Assembly (NCBI GenBank): GCA_963702845.1
Contig: OY969763.1
Coordinates: 1,760,001 to 1,824,000, forward strand
Direction of reading: 5' to 3'
DNA length: 64,000 nucleotides
Source: an uncultured Verrucomicrobiae bacterium
Lineage (GTDB): Bacteria; Verrucomicrobiota; Verrucomicrobiia; Limisphaerales; Palsa-1400
The notes under the pieces are model-generated. The model was not told the DNA's origin. It made no database searches and was given only the letters and a program-made list of their open reading frames with translations. Positions 40,801 to 49,766 of this stretch are shown piece by piece. A program made the translations under genes and the position numbers. The first letter of the stretch is position 1, and each line of letters begins with the position of its first letter.

Positions 40801-43609
40801 CAGCGTCGGTGGATGTTTGCCATTCCAGTAATTTTTCGCGACTGGCCGACATTCGCCACAAGGTGCGAACAATTGCATCCAGGCTGAGGAACGCCTCAAA
40901 CGGCAAGAACACGATTGTGAAAACTGCAATGGCGAGTTGTTTCACCACTGCTGCCCCAACCGACCGCCAATGAGCGCTCCAGGGCAACTGCTCTGATTTT
41001 CGCGCCGCCTGGGCCAGCGACGCAAACAACCCCGGCACGACCACGATGCCAATCACCAATGCGGTCCAGAAACTGGCATTGCCCATCACGCCCAACCACC
41101 CCAGCGCCAACATCGCCGTAAGCGCGATTGGAACGACGCTGCGCCGCAGGTTGTCGAAGATTTTCCAGCGAGTGAGGAGATTTAGGCGATTCGTAACACT
41201 TCGACCGGATGCGTCGTTTACTCGCGGCCAAAGCCAGCGCGCAATCTGCCAATCGCCGCGAATCCAGCGATGGCGACGGTTCGCGTCCGCAAGAAAGCGC
41301 GAAGGATGTTCCTCGAAAAATTCCACGTCACTAACCAGCGCCGAACGGGTGTATCCGGACTCAATCAAGTCATGGCTGAGAATTGTATTCTCCGCGAACC
41401 GGCCGCTCAACGATGTGACGAACGCCTCCCTGTCATACATTCCTTTGCCAATGAATGACCCTTCGCGAAAGAGATCCTGGTAAACATCAGAAATAGCCTT
41501 TGTGTAAGGATCGATGCCGGTTTCACCGGCAAACAGGCGCACAAACCACGACCGCTCGGCGCTCGGCAGGCTCACGCCGACACGCGGCTGCAAAATGCCG
41601 TAGCCTTGCGTGACCACTCGCGTCTCAAGATCGATCTGTGGCGCATTTAAAACATGCGCCATATTTCCGATGAGCTTCCTCGCGGTATCGCGTGGAAGTT
41701 GGGTATCAGTGTCGAGGGTGATCACATGCCGCATTGATGCCAACAATTCCAGATCGCCGACGACTTCGGAGAATGCCTCCGCTTTCCCGCCCTGCAGCAC
41801 GTGATTGAAATCTTCCAGCTTGCCGCGTTTTCGTTCCCAGCCCATCCACAATTGCTCTTGCGGATTCCAGCGACGCGGACGGTGCAACAGAAAGAAAATG
41901 CAGGCACGATCACGTGAATATCTATGGTTCAACGCCGAGATGCCGCTATTGATACGGCGCAGCAACGGTTCGTCCGCTGGCTGCGTTTGTTCGGTCGAAT
42001 CAACGAAGTCCGTCAGCAGTGCGAAATACAAATTCGCATCTCGATTGGCGAGGTAATGAATCTCTAGTCGTTCAAGCATCGTATCGACCCCGCTGATGCT
42101 CGTTAGCATCGTCGGAACCACCACGACCGTCCTGTGTTCGTTCGGAATGCCTTCTGATAGATCGAGCCGTGGCAACAATTGCGGCGGCAGAACCAACATG
42201 ACGAACCAATTTATGAGGGATATCGCAACGTGACTGAAACCAATGACCAATAGAACTATGAGCAGTGCTGTAATCCACCCGGCGGCACCGAACGTGTGGC
42301 CGATGGAAATGGCCCATCCAGTTAATCCAAAGGCGAGGATTGTGATAGAACCGCTGTAAAAGAGCAGTGGACGTTTTTGCAGTGTTCGTCGCAACGTTTC
42401 GGAGATCGGTAGCCGCGCTTCGAGTTTCTTTTCTATTTCAGCTCGGCCTCGATTAACCAAATAATAACCCACGTGACCCAGCCGCTTGTCATTTGTCGCC
42501 GCAGGATGCGTCGCAAATTCAACCGCTGTTCGCGAAACTTCGCTCTCCGACCGCTTACTGTGGCGCGCGATTTGTTCGACCACGTGGCGATATAAATCAC
42601 GCGTCGGAAAATCCATTTGCGGATAGATTCGCCCGGGGTCGCCGCGCAGTGTTTGTTCAACAACGCTAAGCGTCTCGACAAACTCCCGCCAATCCAGCGC
42701 GCCAAGGTTGCGCAAGCTTGTGATACTGTTGCCGACCGAGACCTGATCGGCGGCCTGCATTTGGCTCTCGAGCTGGATCAGTTCTTCAAGATTCCTTCCT
42801 TCGTCTTCCAGGCGTTGTTCGAGCCAATGGCTGGCATGTTGCAGAACTGGACCGTGACCCTGCAAGCGCCGCGATAACTCAGCCACAAACGCGCTTGTTA
42901 ACCTCGGCTTGGATTGCGCGAGTTCAGCAATAGTAATGAACAGATCGCTCGGATTTGCTTCCGTGACCTTAATCATCCGCTCGGCCCAGCCATCCGCGAG
43001 GTCGCGCTGTTCGCGTCCGTAGGTGAGTTGCTGGACGATGCGGCGCAGGTTTTCAATCAACGCCAGGCGCAGCATGATCGGAATGGCCCACAATTCACCA
43101 AGTGTCAGTTCTTTGATCGTCTGATACGCGGCAACGAACGCGCTCAATTGGTCCATCGTCACCCGGCCGTCCACGTGGATAATCAGTTCGGTAATCAGCC
43201 CGTAAACGCGTGGAAAACCAGCAGCAGGTCCATTCAGTAACTTTGGCAGTTGCCGATTGTAATTCGATGGCAGATGCCGCCGCGTCAGCGCGATTTGTTC
43301 CTTAACGAGATAGAAGTTGTCCAGCAACCACTCCGACGCAGGCGTCAGCGGTCGTTTCGGCTCGTTCCTCGCGGCGTACAAGTTGTAGTCGCGCAGGATT
43401 CTTTCATTCTCGGTAAGGCGCGGCAGCAGTTCTTTGGGTGGACTTCGTGAGGTGACCTGGTGTTGGCCGGCCAGAATTCGCGCGTGCTGCTCCAATTGTT
43501 GCGTCCCGAACAACTCGGCACGCAGCGGGGCGTCGCTTGCGATTGGCGCACCTGTGCCGTTCGGAGTTTCTACCCGGGGTTTTCGATTTCTCCGCGCCAA
43601 AAGTTCCAT
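34838..43609 (-). CDS. ndvB: Cyclic beta-1,2-glucan synthase (GT84 + TM + glucoamylase-like + GH94 phosphorylase)
   Basis: 2923 aa; EWLLDNFY, LGELWAIPIMLRLALIENL, WMGWERKRGKL, SHDLIE, RRHRWIRGDWQ, TSPTNIG, YDLLASEARL, GAFGFRDQLQD, GDWNDGMN, RENGGQYTH, WYTGSAGW. Confidence 0.93.
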   Translation of the reverse strand: MELLARRNRKPRVETPNGTGAPIASDAPLRAELFGTQQLEQHARILAGQHQVTSRSPPKELLPRLTENERILRDYNLYAARNEPKRPLTPASEWLLDNFYLVKEQIALTRRHLPSNYNRQLPKLLNGPAAGFPRVYGLITELIIHVDGRVTMDQLSAFVAAYQTIKELTLGELWAIPIMLRLALIENLRRIVQQLTYGREQRDLADGWAERMIKVTEANPSDLFITIAELAQSKPRLTSAFVAELSRRLQGHGPVLQHASHWLEQRLEDEGRNLEELIQLESQMQAADQVSVGNSITSLRNLGALDWREFVETLSVVEQTLRGDPGRIYPQMDFPTRDLYRHVVEQIARHSKRSESEVSRTAVEFATHPAATNDKRLGHVGYYLVNRGRAEIEKKLEARLPISETLRRTLQKRPLLFYSGSITILAFGLTGWAISIGHTFGAAGWITALLIVLLVIGFSHVAISLINWFVMLVLPPQLLPRLDLSEGIPNEHRTVVVVPTMLTSISGVDTMLERLEIHYLANRDANLYFALLTDFVDSTEQTQPADEPLLRRINSGISALNHRYSRDRACIFFLLHRPRRWNPQEQLWMGWERKRGKLEDFNHVLQGGKAEAFSEVVGDLELLASMRHVITLDTDTQLPRDTARKLIGNMAHVLNAPQIDLETRVVTQGYGILQPRVGVSLPSAERSWFVRLFAGETGIDPYTKAISDVYQDLFREGSFIGKGMYDREAFVTSLSGRFAENTILSHDLIESGYTRSALVSDVEFFEEHPSRFLADANRRHRWIRGDWQIARWLWPRVNDASGRSVTNRLNLLTRWKIFDNLRRSVVPIALTAMLALGWLGVMGNASFWTALVIGIVVVPGLFASLAQAARKSEQLPWSAHWRSVGAAVVKQLAIAVFTIVFLPFEAFLSLDAIVRTLWRMSASREKLLEWQTSTDAEGKARTDFRSVLGKMWGVPVFAVMLAVAIFSLQSTQIEFCAALLALWFVSPLIAWWISLPLKPAKPSLSDKQFQFLQKTARKTWRFFETFINDDDHWLPPDNFQESPREVLATRTSPTNIGLSMLAALGAWDFGYITTQQLLERLTRTLTTLDQLERHRGHFYNWYDTRTLKPMLPLYLSSVDSGNFAAHTLTLRSGLLESPDLPVANCVGVQAIEHTYMVLNDAISASTSLNGDGQQVEKKLSNLHLILSRHRDRKNHTPTELAAVLNEVSIAAAEVATATHDVADADCKWWAQNLANMCVAQQEELRLLTPWVELPRPPMELTKLVFAPDANRLHELSGFLAMLERFPTLREAARFDQTLLPLLNLVLHKVSSQKTVSEEALQWLKSASQCIMEASRNARHRMDAINALAHRCGDVAEMDFRFLFDESRELFSIGYNATDHRMDGSFYDLLASEARLTSYLAISQYQVQQEHWFALSRILVSPCGSPVLVSWSGSMFEYLMPILVMPSYENTLLDRSCKAAVQRQIEYGRERGVPWGFSESGYYLTDAHLNYQYRAFGVPGLGLKRGLSDDLVVAPYATMMALMVCPTEACENLQRLSREGREGRYGFYEAIDYTPSRLRPGQSSATVRSFMAHHQGMGFLALVGLLRNKPMQRRFQSYPLFKSTELLLQERVPKVVTPLYPGELEAAGRPESENKKEEFIRVFTNPNTPFPEVHLLSNSRYTTAVTTSGAGFAHWKGLALTRWREDATRDCDGTFCYVRDLESNEVSSIAYQPTTKPSKVYEAIFTQGRAEFRRRIDELDMHTEISVSTEDDVELRRITLTNRSPKPKTIELTTYAEVVLAQQNADLAHPAFSNLFVETEILRQHAAILCKRRPRSEKDSPPFYVHLMLPHGAVTEEVSYETDRSKFVGRCRTTANPVAMEAPGPLSNSEGPVLDPIIAIRRVIKLAPDQSARVDLIFGVCETREGAMHIVSKYRDATLSDRIMDLAWTHSQVVLHQLNSTEADAQLFGRLATALIYAHQFRRAPAATLIKNKRGQSSLWAYGISGDLPIALIYLSDINSNDFAKKILQAHAYWRLKGLQCDMVILTQEDSIYRQSLFDQVVGMVAASTEAAMLDRPGGIFVRRSDQIQADDQVLLQTVARLVLSDSAGTLVDQTNRRVRPEPTIPQLIPVRRAEQDRQFPPRSPEQRLKFYNGFGGFSPEGDEYVITLKPGQVTPAPWVNVIANPHFGTVLSESGSAYTWFENSHEYRLTKWGNDAVMDTTGEAFYIRDEQTGEFWSPTPLPARGTQPYGIRHGAGYSVFTYSEYGVESELTIFVAKDAPVKFAVLKFRNTSNRAKRLSAFGYWEWVLGELRSKNLPHVITELDTRTGALLARNAYNTDFPGRVAFVDVQVPTRTLTGDRCEFIGRNGTLAQPAALRRLRLSGRVGAGFDPCAAMQVPFDLGEGQEREIIFRLGAARDAGEVQQLIERFKDPAAVHAELDAVKAYWNETLGAVQVETPEPALDLLANQWLVYQTLGCRMWARSGYYQSSGAFGFRDQLQDAMALVHCNPRALRDQILYAAAHQFVEGDVQHWWHPPTNRGVRTHFSDDYLWLPFAVCRYVFSTGDYDILNETVAFIEGRPLKPDEEAYFDLPRVGPSSTLYEHCVRAVTNGLKFGAHGIPLIGCGDWNDGMNLVGEHGKGESVWLGFFLHNVLTQFSQVARQRHDDAFAQKCVEEAEQLHHYIEENAWDGNWYKRAWFDDGTPLGSAENEECQIDSLPQSWAVISGAGDSGRARKAMDAVDQRLVRRDGRLIQLFTPAFDKSALNPGYIKGYVPGIRENGGQYTHAAVWTIIAFTMMGDHRRAWELFRMILPPNHSKNADEAGMYRVEPYVAVADIYGVPPHVGRGGWTWYTGSAGWLYRLTLEHLLGLRREGDRLRFVPCIPPEWKSFKVHYRVGKTLYDIELQAEAGWQKVKAISVDGAEQSGDALSLKDDGQAHQVKVLF

Positions 43610-43622
43610 GCAATAAACAATC

Positions 43623-45617
43623 TCAATCCTTCACCGACGCCTTAGCATCCAGCGCGGCACGGATTGTTTTGATCAATGCATCCTGGTGATAGGGCTTTTG
43701 CAAAAAGTTTACCTCGCTGCGAAGCGCAAAATCCTGTTGCAAAACTTCCTCGCTGTAACCGCTGGTGTAAACCACCTTCAGATCCGGCTTTTGCGCCTGC
43801 AATGTCTCAGCCAGCTCGCTGCCCGTCATGCCGTCGGGCATCACCATATCCGTAAATAAAAGAGCAATGTCCTTTCCGTGTTGCGCCCACAACCCGAGAG
43901 CATCCTTGCCGGAATTCGCCTGAATAATCTGGTAGCCTTGCCGTCGCAATTGGCGGGTGACCAATTCGCGCAGCGCCGGTTCATCCTCCACCACAAGAAT
44001 CGTTTCTGCTCCCGACGTTTGTTTGTCAGGCGCAATCGGGCGCTTGCCGGCGGTGGTGGGAGACAGGGCCACGGGAAGGTAAATTTTAAACGTTGAACCC
44101 ACGCCAACCTCACTGCTCACTTCAACCCAACCGCGATGTTGACGCACGATCCCGTATGCACTGGAAAGACCCAGCCCAAGGCCGCTTTCCTTCGTAGTAA
44201 AAAATGGTTCGAAAATCCTTTTGACCGTCTCGCGATCCATTCCTTTGCCCGTATCCGTGATCGTCAGACAAATATATTTGCCCGGGTGCGCATCTGGATT
44301 TCGCAAGGCAATGTCCCGTCCAACATCGATCAATGCCGTCGAAACAAGAATGCGGCCCCCGCGTGGCATCGCATCGCGTGCGTTCATGGCCATATTCATG
44401 ACGACCTGCTCGATCATGGTCGTATCACCCTGAATTTGTGGAAGGTTCGGCGCGAGCTTCAACTCCTGATGAATATTTTGGCCCAGCAAACCCCGGATTG
44501 TCTGACTCGTCCGATTGAGTAACTCATTCAAATCGACTGTCTTCGGCAGGAACGTCTGCTTGCGACTAAAAGTCATCAGCTGCCCTGTGAGGTAGGTTGC
44601 GCGTTCGGCCGCCGTGGAGATCTGGCGTAAGGATTCCTGTGTTTCCGCCGGCAATGCAGACTGCGACAGAAGCAGGCAGGTGTAGCCCTGAATAATTCCA
44701 AGCACGTTATTGAAGTCGTGTGCGACGTTTGAAGCGAGATGGCTCACTGTTTCCAGTTTTCGGGCCTGTTCCAATTGGGACTCCAATTGCAGCCGCTCCG
44801 TCAGATCGGTTCCGTAACAATGGACGACGTTGCCGTTCGGCACCGGGAAAAACGACCAATACAAATGCCGGTCTCCGATAACAGTTTCTTCGCGAATGCG
44901 ATTCTCCCGAGTTTTCAAACACTGCCTGACAATTTCGGCTGCGTCCGGCGGTGCAATTTGCAACGGCGAACCAAGGCCCAGATATTTTGCCAGATCCAGT
45001 GCGGAGTCGTTGAACCACGTCAACGTTCCATCCGCTGAAAATTCCAAAATCGGGTTTGGATTGGATGTCGGGAATGATGCCAGCCGAAGAATCTTCTCTT
45101 CTGCGTCTTTGATGTTGGTCACGTCCGCTAGAGCGATGCGGTAGTTCTTTTGATCCGGACCGCGCGGAAGGCAAACCAGTTGCACGTCATGGTTCGAACG
45201 TTTCAGACGAAATTCTCCTGCGAACTGCGTTTGCTCGCCTCTGCTGCAACGGTGCAGATGTTCGCGCATCTTTGGCGCGTCAGCTTCGGAAACAAATTCA
45301 ACCATTGATTTGCCGATGAGTTGTTGAGGTTCCGCGCCGAAAATTGCGGCGCCTGACTTATTGATGCGCTGGATGACTGTTGCTTCGTTGCTTTCGAGGT
45401 AGGCGACGTCGCCCTTGTCGTAAATTTCGTTGAAAGCTGCTGGAGAAGATTTCTCGAGTTGTTGACGGTGCAACTCGAGGTTTTCCAAAGCGACATAGAG
45501 AAGCCGCTCTTGAAGGTGCCGGAATGCACCCAGCAAATCACGCGCTGGAAAACTGCTGGCCTTTTGCCAGTCCACGCCTGGTTCACTTGGTGACAAAGTT
45601 GTACCTTGCTCATTCAT
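43623..45617 (-). CDS. PAS-domain hybrid sensor histidine kinase / receiver
   Basis: Two PAS-like domains, VAHDFNNVL H-box, NARDAMP, FEPFFTTK, GLGL; C-terminal receiver VVEDE...TDMVMP...LQKP. Confidence 0.92.
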   Translation of the reverse strand: MNEQGTTLSPSEPGVDWQKASSFPARDLLGAFRHLQERLLYVALENLELHRQQLEKSSPAAFNEIYDKGDVAYLESNEATVIQRINKSGAAIFGAEPQQLIGKSMVEFVSEADAPKMREHLHRCSRGEQTQFAGEFRLKRSNHDVQLVCLPRGPDQKNYRIALADVTNIKDAEEKILRLASFPTSNPNPILEFSADGTLTWFNDSALDLAKYLGLGSPLQIAPPDAAEIVRQCLKTRENRIREETVIGDRHLYWSFFPVPNGNVVHCYGTDLTERLQLESQLEQARKLETVSHLASNVAHDFNNVLGIIQGYTCLLLSQSALPAETQESLRQISTAAERATYLTGQLMTFSRKQTFLPKTVDLNELLNRTSQTIRGLLGQNIHQELKLAPNLPQIQGDTTMIEQVVMNMAMNARDAMPRGGRILVSTALIDVGRDIALRNPDAHPGKYICLTITDTGKGMDRETVKRIFEPFFTTKESGLGLGLSSAYGIVRQHRGWVEVSSEVGVGSTFKIYLPVALSPTTAGKRPIAPDKQTSGAETILVVEDEPALRELVTRQLRRQGYQIIQANSGKDALGLWAQHGKDIALLFTDMVMPDGMTGSELAETLQAQKPDLKVVYTSGYSEEVLQQDFALRSEVNFLQKPYHQDALIKTIRAALDAKASVKD

Positions 45618-45738
45618 GAAGTTCGGCCCGCCCTCTCTTGTTGAACACTAATCGCAACTTTCCCGAGACGCAATTAGCGGAGCCTGCGGGTTTATTCCTG
45701 CGCATTTGCCCCGAGCATCGTTGTGCCGAGGGCTCGAC

Positions 45739-46071
45739 TCAACTTACGAGGACCTCATCCTGTAGTTTCTCTTTCGCGCGTGAAACGAATTCGTGGTGTA
45801 ACGTCTTGGCGAGATCAGACATTTCGGGGCGCGAGATAGTAGCAGGTTCCAAAAAAATCTGCGGACGAACCCACGGCTGATCGGGAACGTCTTCCCCGTG
45901 ACGCACGTAACAGTGCTGCTCAATCTTAAGCAAACCCTGGGCGACCGCGCCTACGGTATGCACCCAAATCTCGGCGTAATCCGGTTCGGCGTAGCGAAAT
46001 CCGTTCGCCTCCAGACAATCGTAGTCGCATTTGCCGATTAATGTTTCTGATTCAAAGATCACCTTTGTCAT
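45739..46071 (-). CDS. Hypothetical protein
   Basis: 110-aa ORF with protein-like composition, co-oriented upstream of the kinase. Confidence 0.55.
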   Translation of the reverse strand: MTKVIFESETLIGKCDYDCLEANGFRYAEPDYAEIWVHTVGAVAQGLLKIEQHCYVRHGEDVPDQPWVRPQIFLEPATISRPEMSDLAKTLHHEFVSRAKEKLQDEVLVS

Positions 46072-46249
46072 AACGTGGAGTGTATTCAGCTCTCCCTTCG
46101 GATTTTATCAACCGGTCCATCGTGAGACGTGGGTCGGTTCGATACCATTCGATTGGAAAGGGGGCCTGAAGCTGTTCGACGGACATTGTGATGAACTCCG
46201 GATTTGAGGAATCCGTTGTTTCTGTCCAATTCTCAAGCTGCCGAGCCAT
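46052..46249 (-). CDS. Hypothetical small protein
   Basis: 65-aa ORF overlapping the next start by 20 nt. Confidence 0.35.
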   Translation of the reverse strand: MARQLENWTETTDSSNPEFITMSVEQLQAPFPIEWYRTDPRLTMDRLIKSEGRAEYTPRYDKGDL

Positions 46250-46389
46250 AGTGCATGTTTACTCGTGAATGGACCACCCGCTCACGATGCCGATAGCACA
46301 CCAGATTCCTCTAGGTCCCGGAAGGGGGGCGCGTCCTCGAAGAACGAGCAAGAAATGGCTATGAGCCCTATACTGGAATGGCTGACGTC

Positions 46390-47864
46390 TTAAGCCGCCG
46401 CAATCTGCGGGGCCGCGGAGCGTTGGGCACGCAGGTCAGATTTGCGTTGGCGCAGGCTCTTGAAGAATTCGAATCCTTCGCGGCAACGGCGCACGCAAAC
46501 GTCCTTGTCCTCGAGCATCGTCTTGATGATGCGCAGAATCGGTTTCGGACGCAGATAGTAGGCGCGATAAAAACGATCCACCGCTTCGAAAATCTCGTCC
46601 TTCGGCAAGCCAGGATATTCCAGAGCGCTTTGTTGGAAGCCGTGGTCGTGCACGATGTCGGTCTTGTCCTTTTTGCGAAAACCAGCCGTTTTGACGGGCC
46701 ATCTCGAAAAGCTCCGTGCCGGGATAGGGCGCGGCGAGCGAAACCTGGATGCTGAACACGTCGAGTTCTTGCGCGAAACGAATCGTGTTCTCAATCGTTT
46801 GCTGCGTTTCGATCGGCAGACCCAGAATGAACGTGCCGTGAATGACCACGCCCGCCTTGTGGCAGGACTTGGTGAAGCGGCGCATTTCGTCCATCGTCAC
46901 GCCCTTCTTGATGCGCGTGAGGATGTCGTCGTTGCCCGATTCGTAACCGACCAGGAACAAGCGCAGACCGGAGTCCTTGAATTGTTTAATCGTATCGTAA
47001 TCGAGGTTGGCGCGGCTGTTGCAGGACCAGGTCAAGCCAAGCGGCGCGAGTTTCTTGGCGATTTCGCGAGCGCGCGGCAGGTTCGCGGTAAAGGTATCGT
47101 CATCGAAGAAGAATTCCGGCTACTTGCGGGAACAGCTTCTTCGCGTAGGCCATTTCATCGGCGACATTTTCGGGCGAGCGCACGCGGTATTTGTGTCCGC
47201 CGATCGTCTGCGGCCACAGGCAGAAGCTGCATTGCGCCGGGCAACCGCGTCCGGTGTAGAGGCTGATGTAAGGGTGCAGCAGGTAACCGATGAAATACTT
47301 TTCGATCTCGCAGGTCGCGCTTGTAGGTGTCGATCACCCACGGGAGCACGTCCATGTTCGAAATCATCTCGCGCTCTTTGTTGTGGATGATTTTGCCATC
47401 GGCATTGCGATAGGAAAGTCCATCGATTTTGTCGAGCGGGCGGCCTTCGGCAACTTCTTTGCAGGTGAAATCAAATTCTTTGCGGCCGACCCAATCGATG
47501 GATGCCGACGCCTTCAGCGTCTCGGTCGGAAGCACCGCGGCGTGTGCGCCGACGAAACCGATTTTGACTTTGGGGTTCTGCTGCTTGATCGCTTCGGCGA
47601 CTTTGCAATCGTTCTTCAACGACGGCGTCGAGGTGTTGATGATGACGTGATCGTACCTGCAGCGCCTCGGCCAGGCATTGCTTGATGTCGATGTCGATGC
47701 GGCGGGCAATCGAGCAGCCGGCTGTTCGGCGTGAGCGCGGCTGGTTGCGCGAGCCACGTCGGATACCAGTACGACGTCACTTCGCGACGCGCCTGGTAGC
47801 GCGCACCGGCGCCGCCGTCAAATCCATCAAAACTTGGTGGTGAAAGAAACAGGGTCTTGCTCAT
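46390..47864 (-). CDS. hpnJ: Hopanoid biosynthesis-associated radical SAM protein HpnJ, broken by several frameshifts (probable sequencing errors)
   Basis: MSKTLFLSPPSFDGFDGGAGARYQARREVTSYWYPTWLAQPAAL; TSTPSLKND; YTGRGCPAQCSFCLWPQT (CxxxCxxC, read across frames); LVGYESG; QVSLAAPYPGT; FYRAYYLRPKPI. Confidence 0.88.
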
Positions 47865-47918
47865 CTTAGTAAATCGGGTCTTCGTTTGTTGAACCAACGA
47901 ACATTCGGAAATTATCTG

Positions 47919-49331
47919 CTACTCCGCTTTTTTATTGGCCGCAATTTTGGCCAGCAACTCATCGCGTTGGGTCGTGTCACCGGTGCCGCAGGAACCGCCT
48001 TCTTTGTGATCGTGCGGTTCTTCGCGGCGTTGGAAAACGGATTGCGCGCCATTCATGGCTGCACGTGGCGAATTGATCGCCGCCTTCGCTTCGGCCAGAT
48101 GGCCTTTGCCGATCGAAACGCCGTTGAACGCTTTGACATTCGCGCCAGCGTAGTAAGGTTTGGGCTTGGAACTGAAATTATATTTCATGTTCTTCCAGTT
48201 ATCGGTCGGGTTGCTCGAGAGCGCGCCGCTCGGATCGTAGCCGCAATGGACCATGCAATTCTCGCAACGCGGGTCGCGCGCGACGCCGTCCACCACGCCG
48301 TATTTGTTCCAATCCACCTTCGTGAGCATTTCCTGATAACCGGCGTAATGCCCGTCGGTCATGAGATAGCAGGGGGCCTTCCAACCTTTAATATTGCGGG
48401 TGGGAATGGCCCAGGCGGTGCAGGTCAATTCGCGTTTGCCCGCGAGAAATTCCTGGTAAACGACCGTGCCGAAAATCGTAAAACGTTCGCCCCATTCCTG
48501 AATTTTCGCGAATTTTTCGCGCGTCATTTTGCGCGTGAGGAAAAAGTCTTCGGGCTGTTTGCCCAGGCGCGAGACCATGTCTTTCTTGGCGGCGTCGTAT
48601 TCGTAGCCGGGAGAAATCGTGTGGCCATCAACTTCCATCGACGAGAAGAATTCGAACATCTCGCTGATTTCTTTGACGTCGGTTTCTTTGTAAACCGTCG
48701 TGTTGGTCGCGACCTGATAACCAAGAATTTTGGCCATCTTGATCGCTTCGACGCATTCCTTGAAAACGCCTTCGCGTTCGACAATCAAATCGTGCGTGTA
48801 TTCCAGACCGTCGATGTGGACGTTCCAATACATCCACTTCGTCGGGCGAATCACAACGCGACCATCGTTTTTGCCTTTGCGAATTGTTTCGACGTCTTTT
48901 TCGGAAACTAATTTTTTCTCGAGCAATTCCGCGATCTTCGGCTCAAGCGCCGGGCTGTAAATGGCAGCCATGTAATCGCGCATCTTTTTGCGCATGAACA
49001 TGCCGTTCGTGCAGACGTAAACGATGCGGCCTTGTTTGAGAATGCCGTCGATGCATTCCTCGATCTTCGGATAAATCAGCGGTTCACCGCCGCAAATGGA
49101 CACCATCGGCGCATCGCATTCCTGCGCGGCACCGAGGCAATCCTCCAGCGACATCATGTCCTTCAGGCTGGTGGAATATTCGCGAATACGCCCGCAGCCG
49201 GTGCAGGTCAGATTGCAGGTGTGGAGCGGTTCCAGCTGCAGCACCATGGCAAATTTTGGTGTGCGGCGGATGATCTTATGTTTGACAATATGAGCGGCGA
49301 TTTTCGCCGTCAACGCGAGTGGAAATCGCAT
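47919..49331 (-). CDS. hpnH: Adenosyl-hopene transferase (radical SAM)
   Basis: LEPLHTCNLTCTGCGRI, SICGGEPL, CTAWAIPTRN, APCYL, RCENCMVHCGY. Confidence 0.92.
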   Translation of the reverse strand: MRFPLALTAKIAAHIVKHKIIRRTPKFAMVLQLEPLHTCNLTCTGCGRIREYSTSLKDMMSLEDCLGAAQECDAPMVSICGGEPLIYPKIEECIDGILKQGRIVYVCTNGMFMRKKMRDYMAAIYSPALEPKIAELLEKKLVSEKDVETIRKGKNDGRVVIRPTKWMYWNVHIDGLEYTHDLIVEREGVFKECVEAIKMAKILGYQVATNTTVYKETDVKEISEMFEFFSSMEVDGHTISPGYEYDAAKKDMVSRLGKQPEDFFLTRKMTREKFAKIQEWGERFTIFGTVVYQEFLAGKRELTCTAWAIPTRNIKGWKAPCYLMTDGHYAGYQEMLTKVDWNKYGVVDGVARDPRCENCMVHCGYDPSGALSSNPTDNWKNMKYNFSSKPKPYYAGANVKAFNGVSIGKGHLAEAKAAINSPRAAMNGAQSVFQRREEPHDHKEGGSCGTGDTTQRDELLAKIAANKKAE

Positions 49332-49336
49332 ATCGA

Positions 49337-49570
49337 TTAGTTGAGTTGCACTGAATCCGTTGTGTCCCCTGCCTTATGCGTCAAAGAAGCGGTCTGAGTA
49401 GCTGTAGCTGCCGCCGGTTGCTTCTCGGCAGGCTTGGTTTGTCCGATCCCCGGCAAAAAGAACATCAGAGGATTGATCGTCTGCTGGGTATTGATACCGG
49501 TGCAGCCGGTGCCGACGATTATAAGCGTCGCCACCAATCCGAACGTTCTTGTAAACCATCCTAATTTCAC
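49337..49570 (-). CDS. Small hypothetical lipoprotein
   Basis: Hydrophobic N-terminus with IVGTGC lipobox-like motif; ends 5 nt before the hpnH start. Confidence 0.55.
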   Translation of the reverse strand: MKLGWFTRTFGLVATLIIVGTGCTGINTQQTINPLMFFLPGIGQTKPAEKQPAAATATQTASLTHKAGDTTDSVQLN

Positions 49571-49766
49571 TGATCGAAGTATAGGACTCGGTCAAGGGTT
49601 GGCAATACTTTAATCGCGTAGGGGAATACACGAGCGCAACCGGTGGTCGTATGGATGCCCCGACACCGCAACGGGCAGCATACGCCACCGGTCCGCGATG
49701 CATTCTTTGACCGTCGTCAACTATTCGCAAATTCCGTGTGTTCATAGATTTGGCCTTTCTGTTTTG

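Noticed and set aside
46390..47864. Programmed frameshifting or true pseudogenisation of hpnJ (also cysD, fmt)
   Set aside because: No slippery-site or stimulator pattern, and indels are scattered through many normally intact genes, so assembly error is more parsimonious
47886..48911. Long antisense ORFs (for example 47886-48911 +, 27974-28963 -, 58254-59171 -)
   Set aside because: Shadow frames of real GC-rich genes with no recognisable motifs
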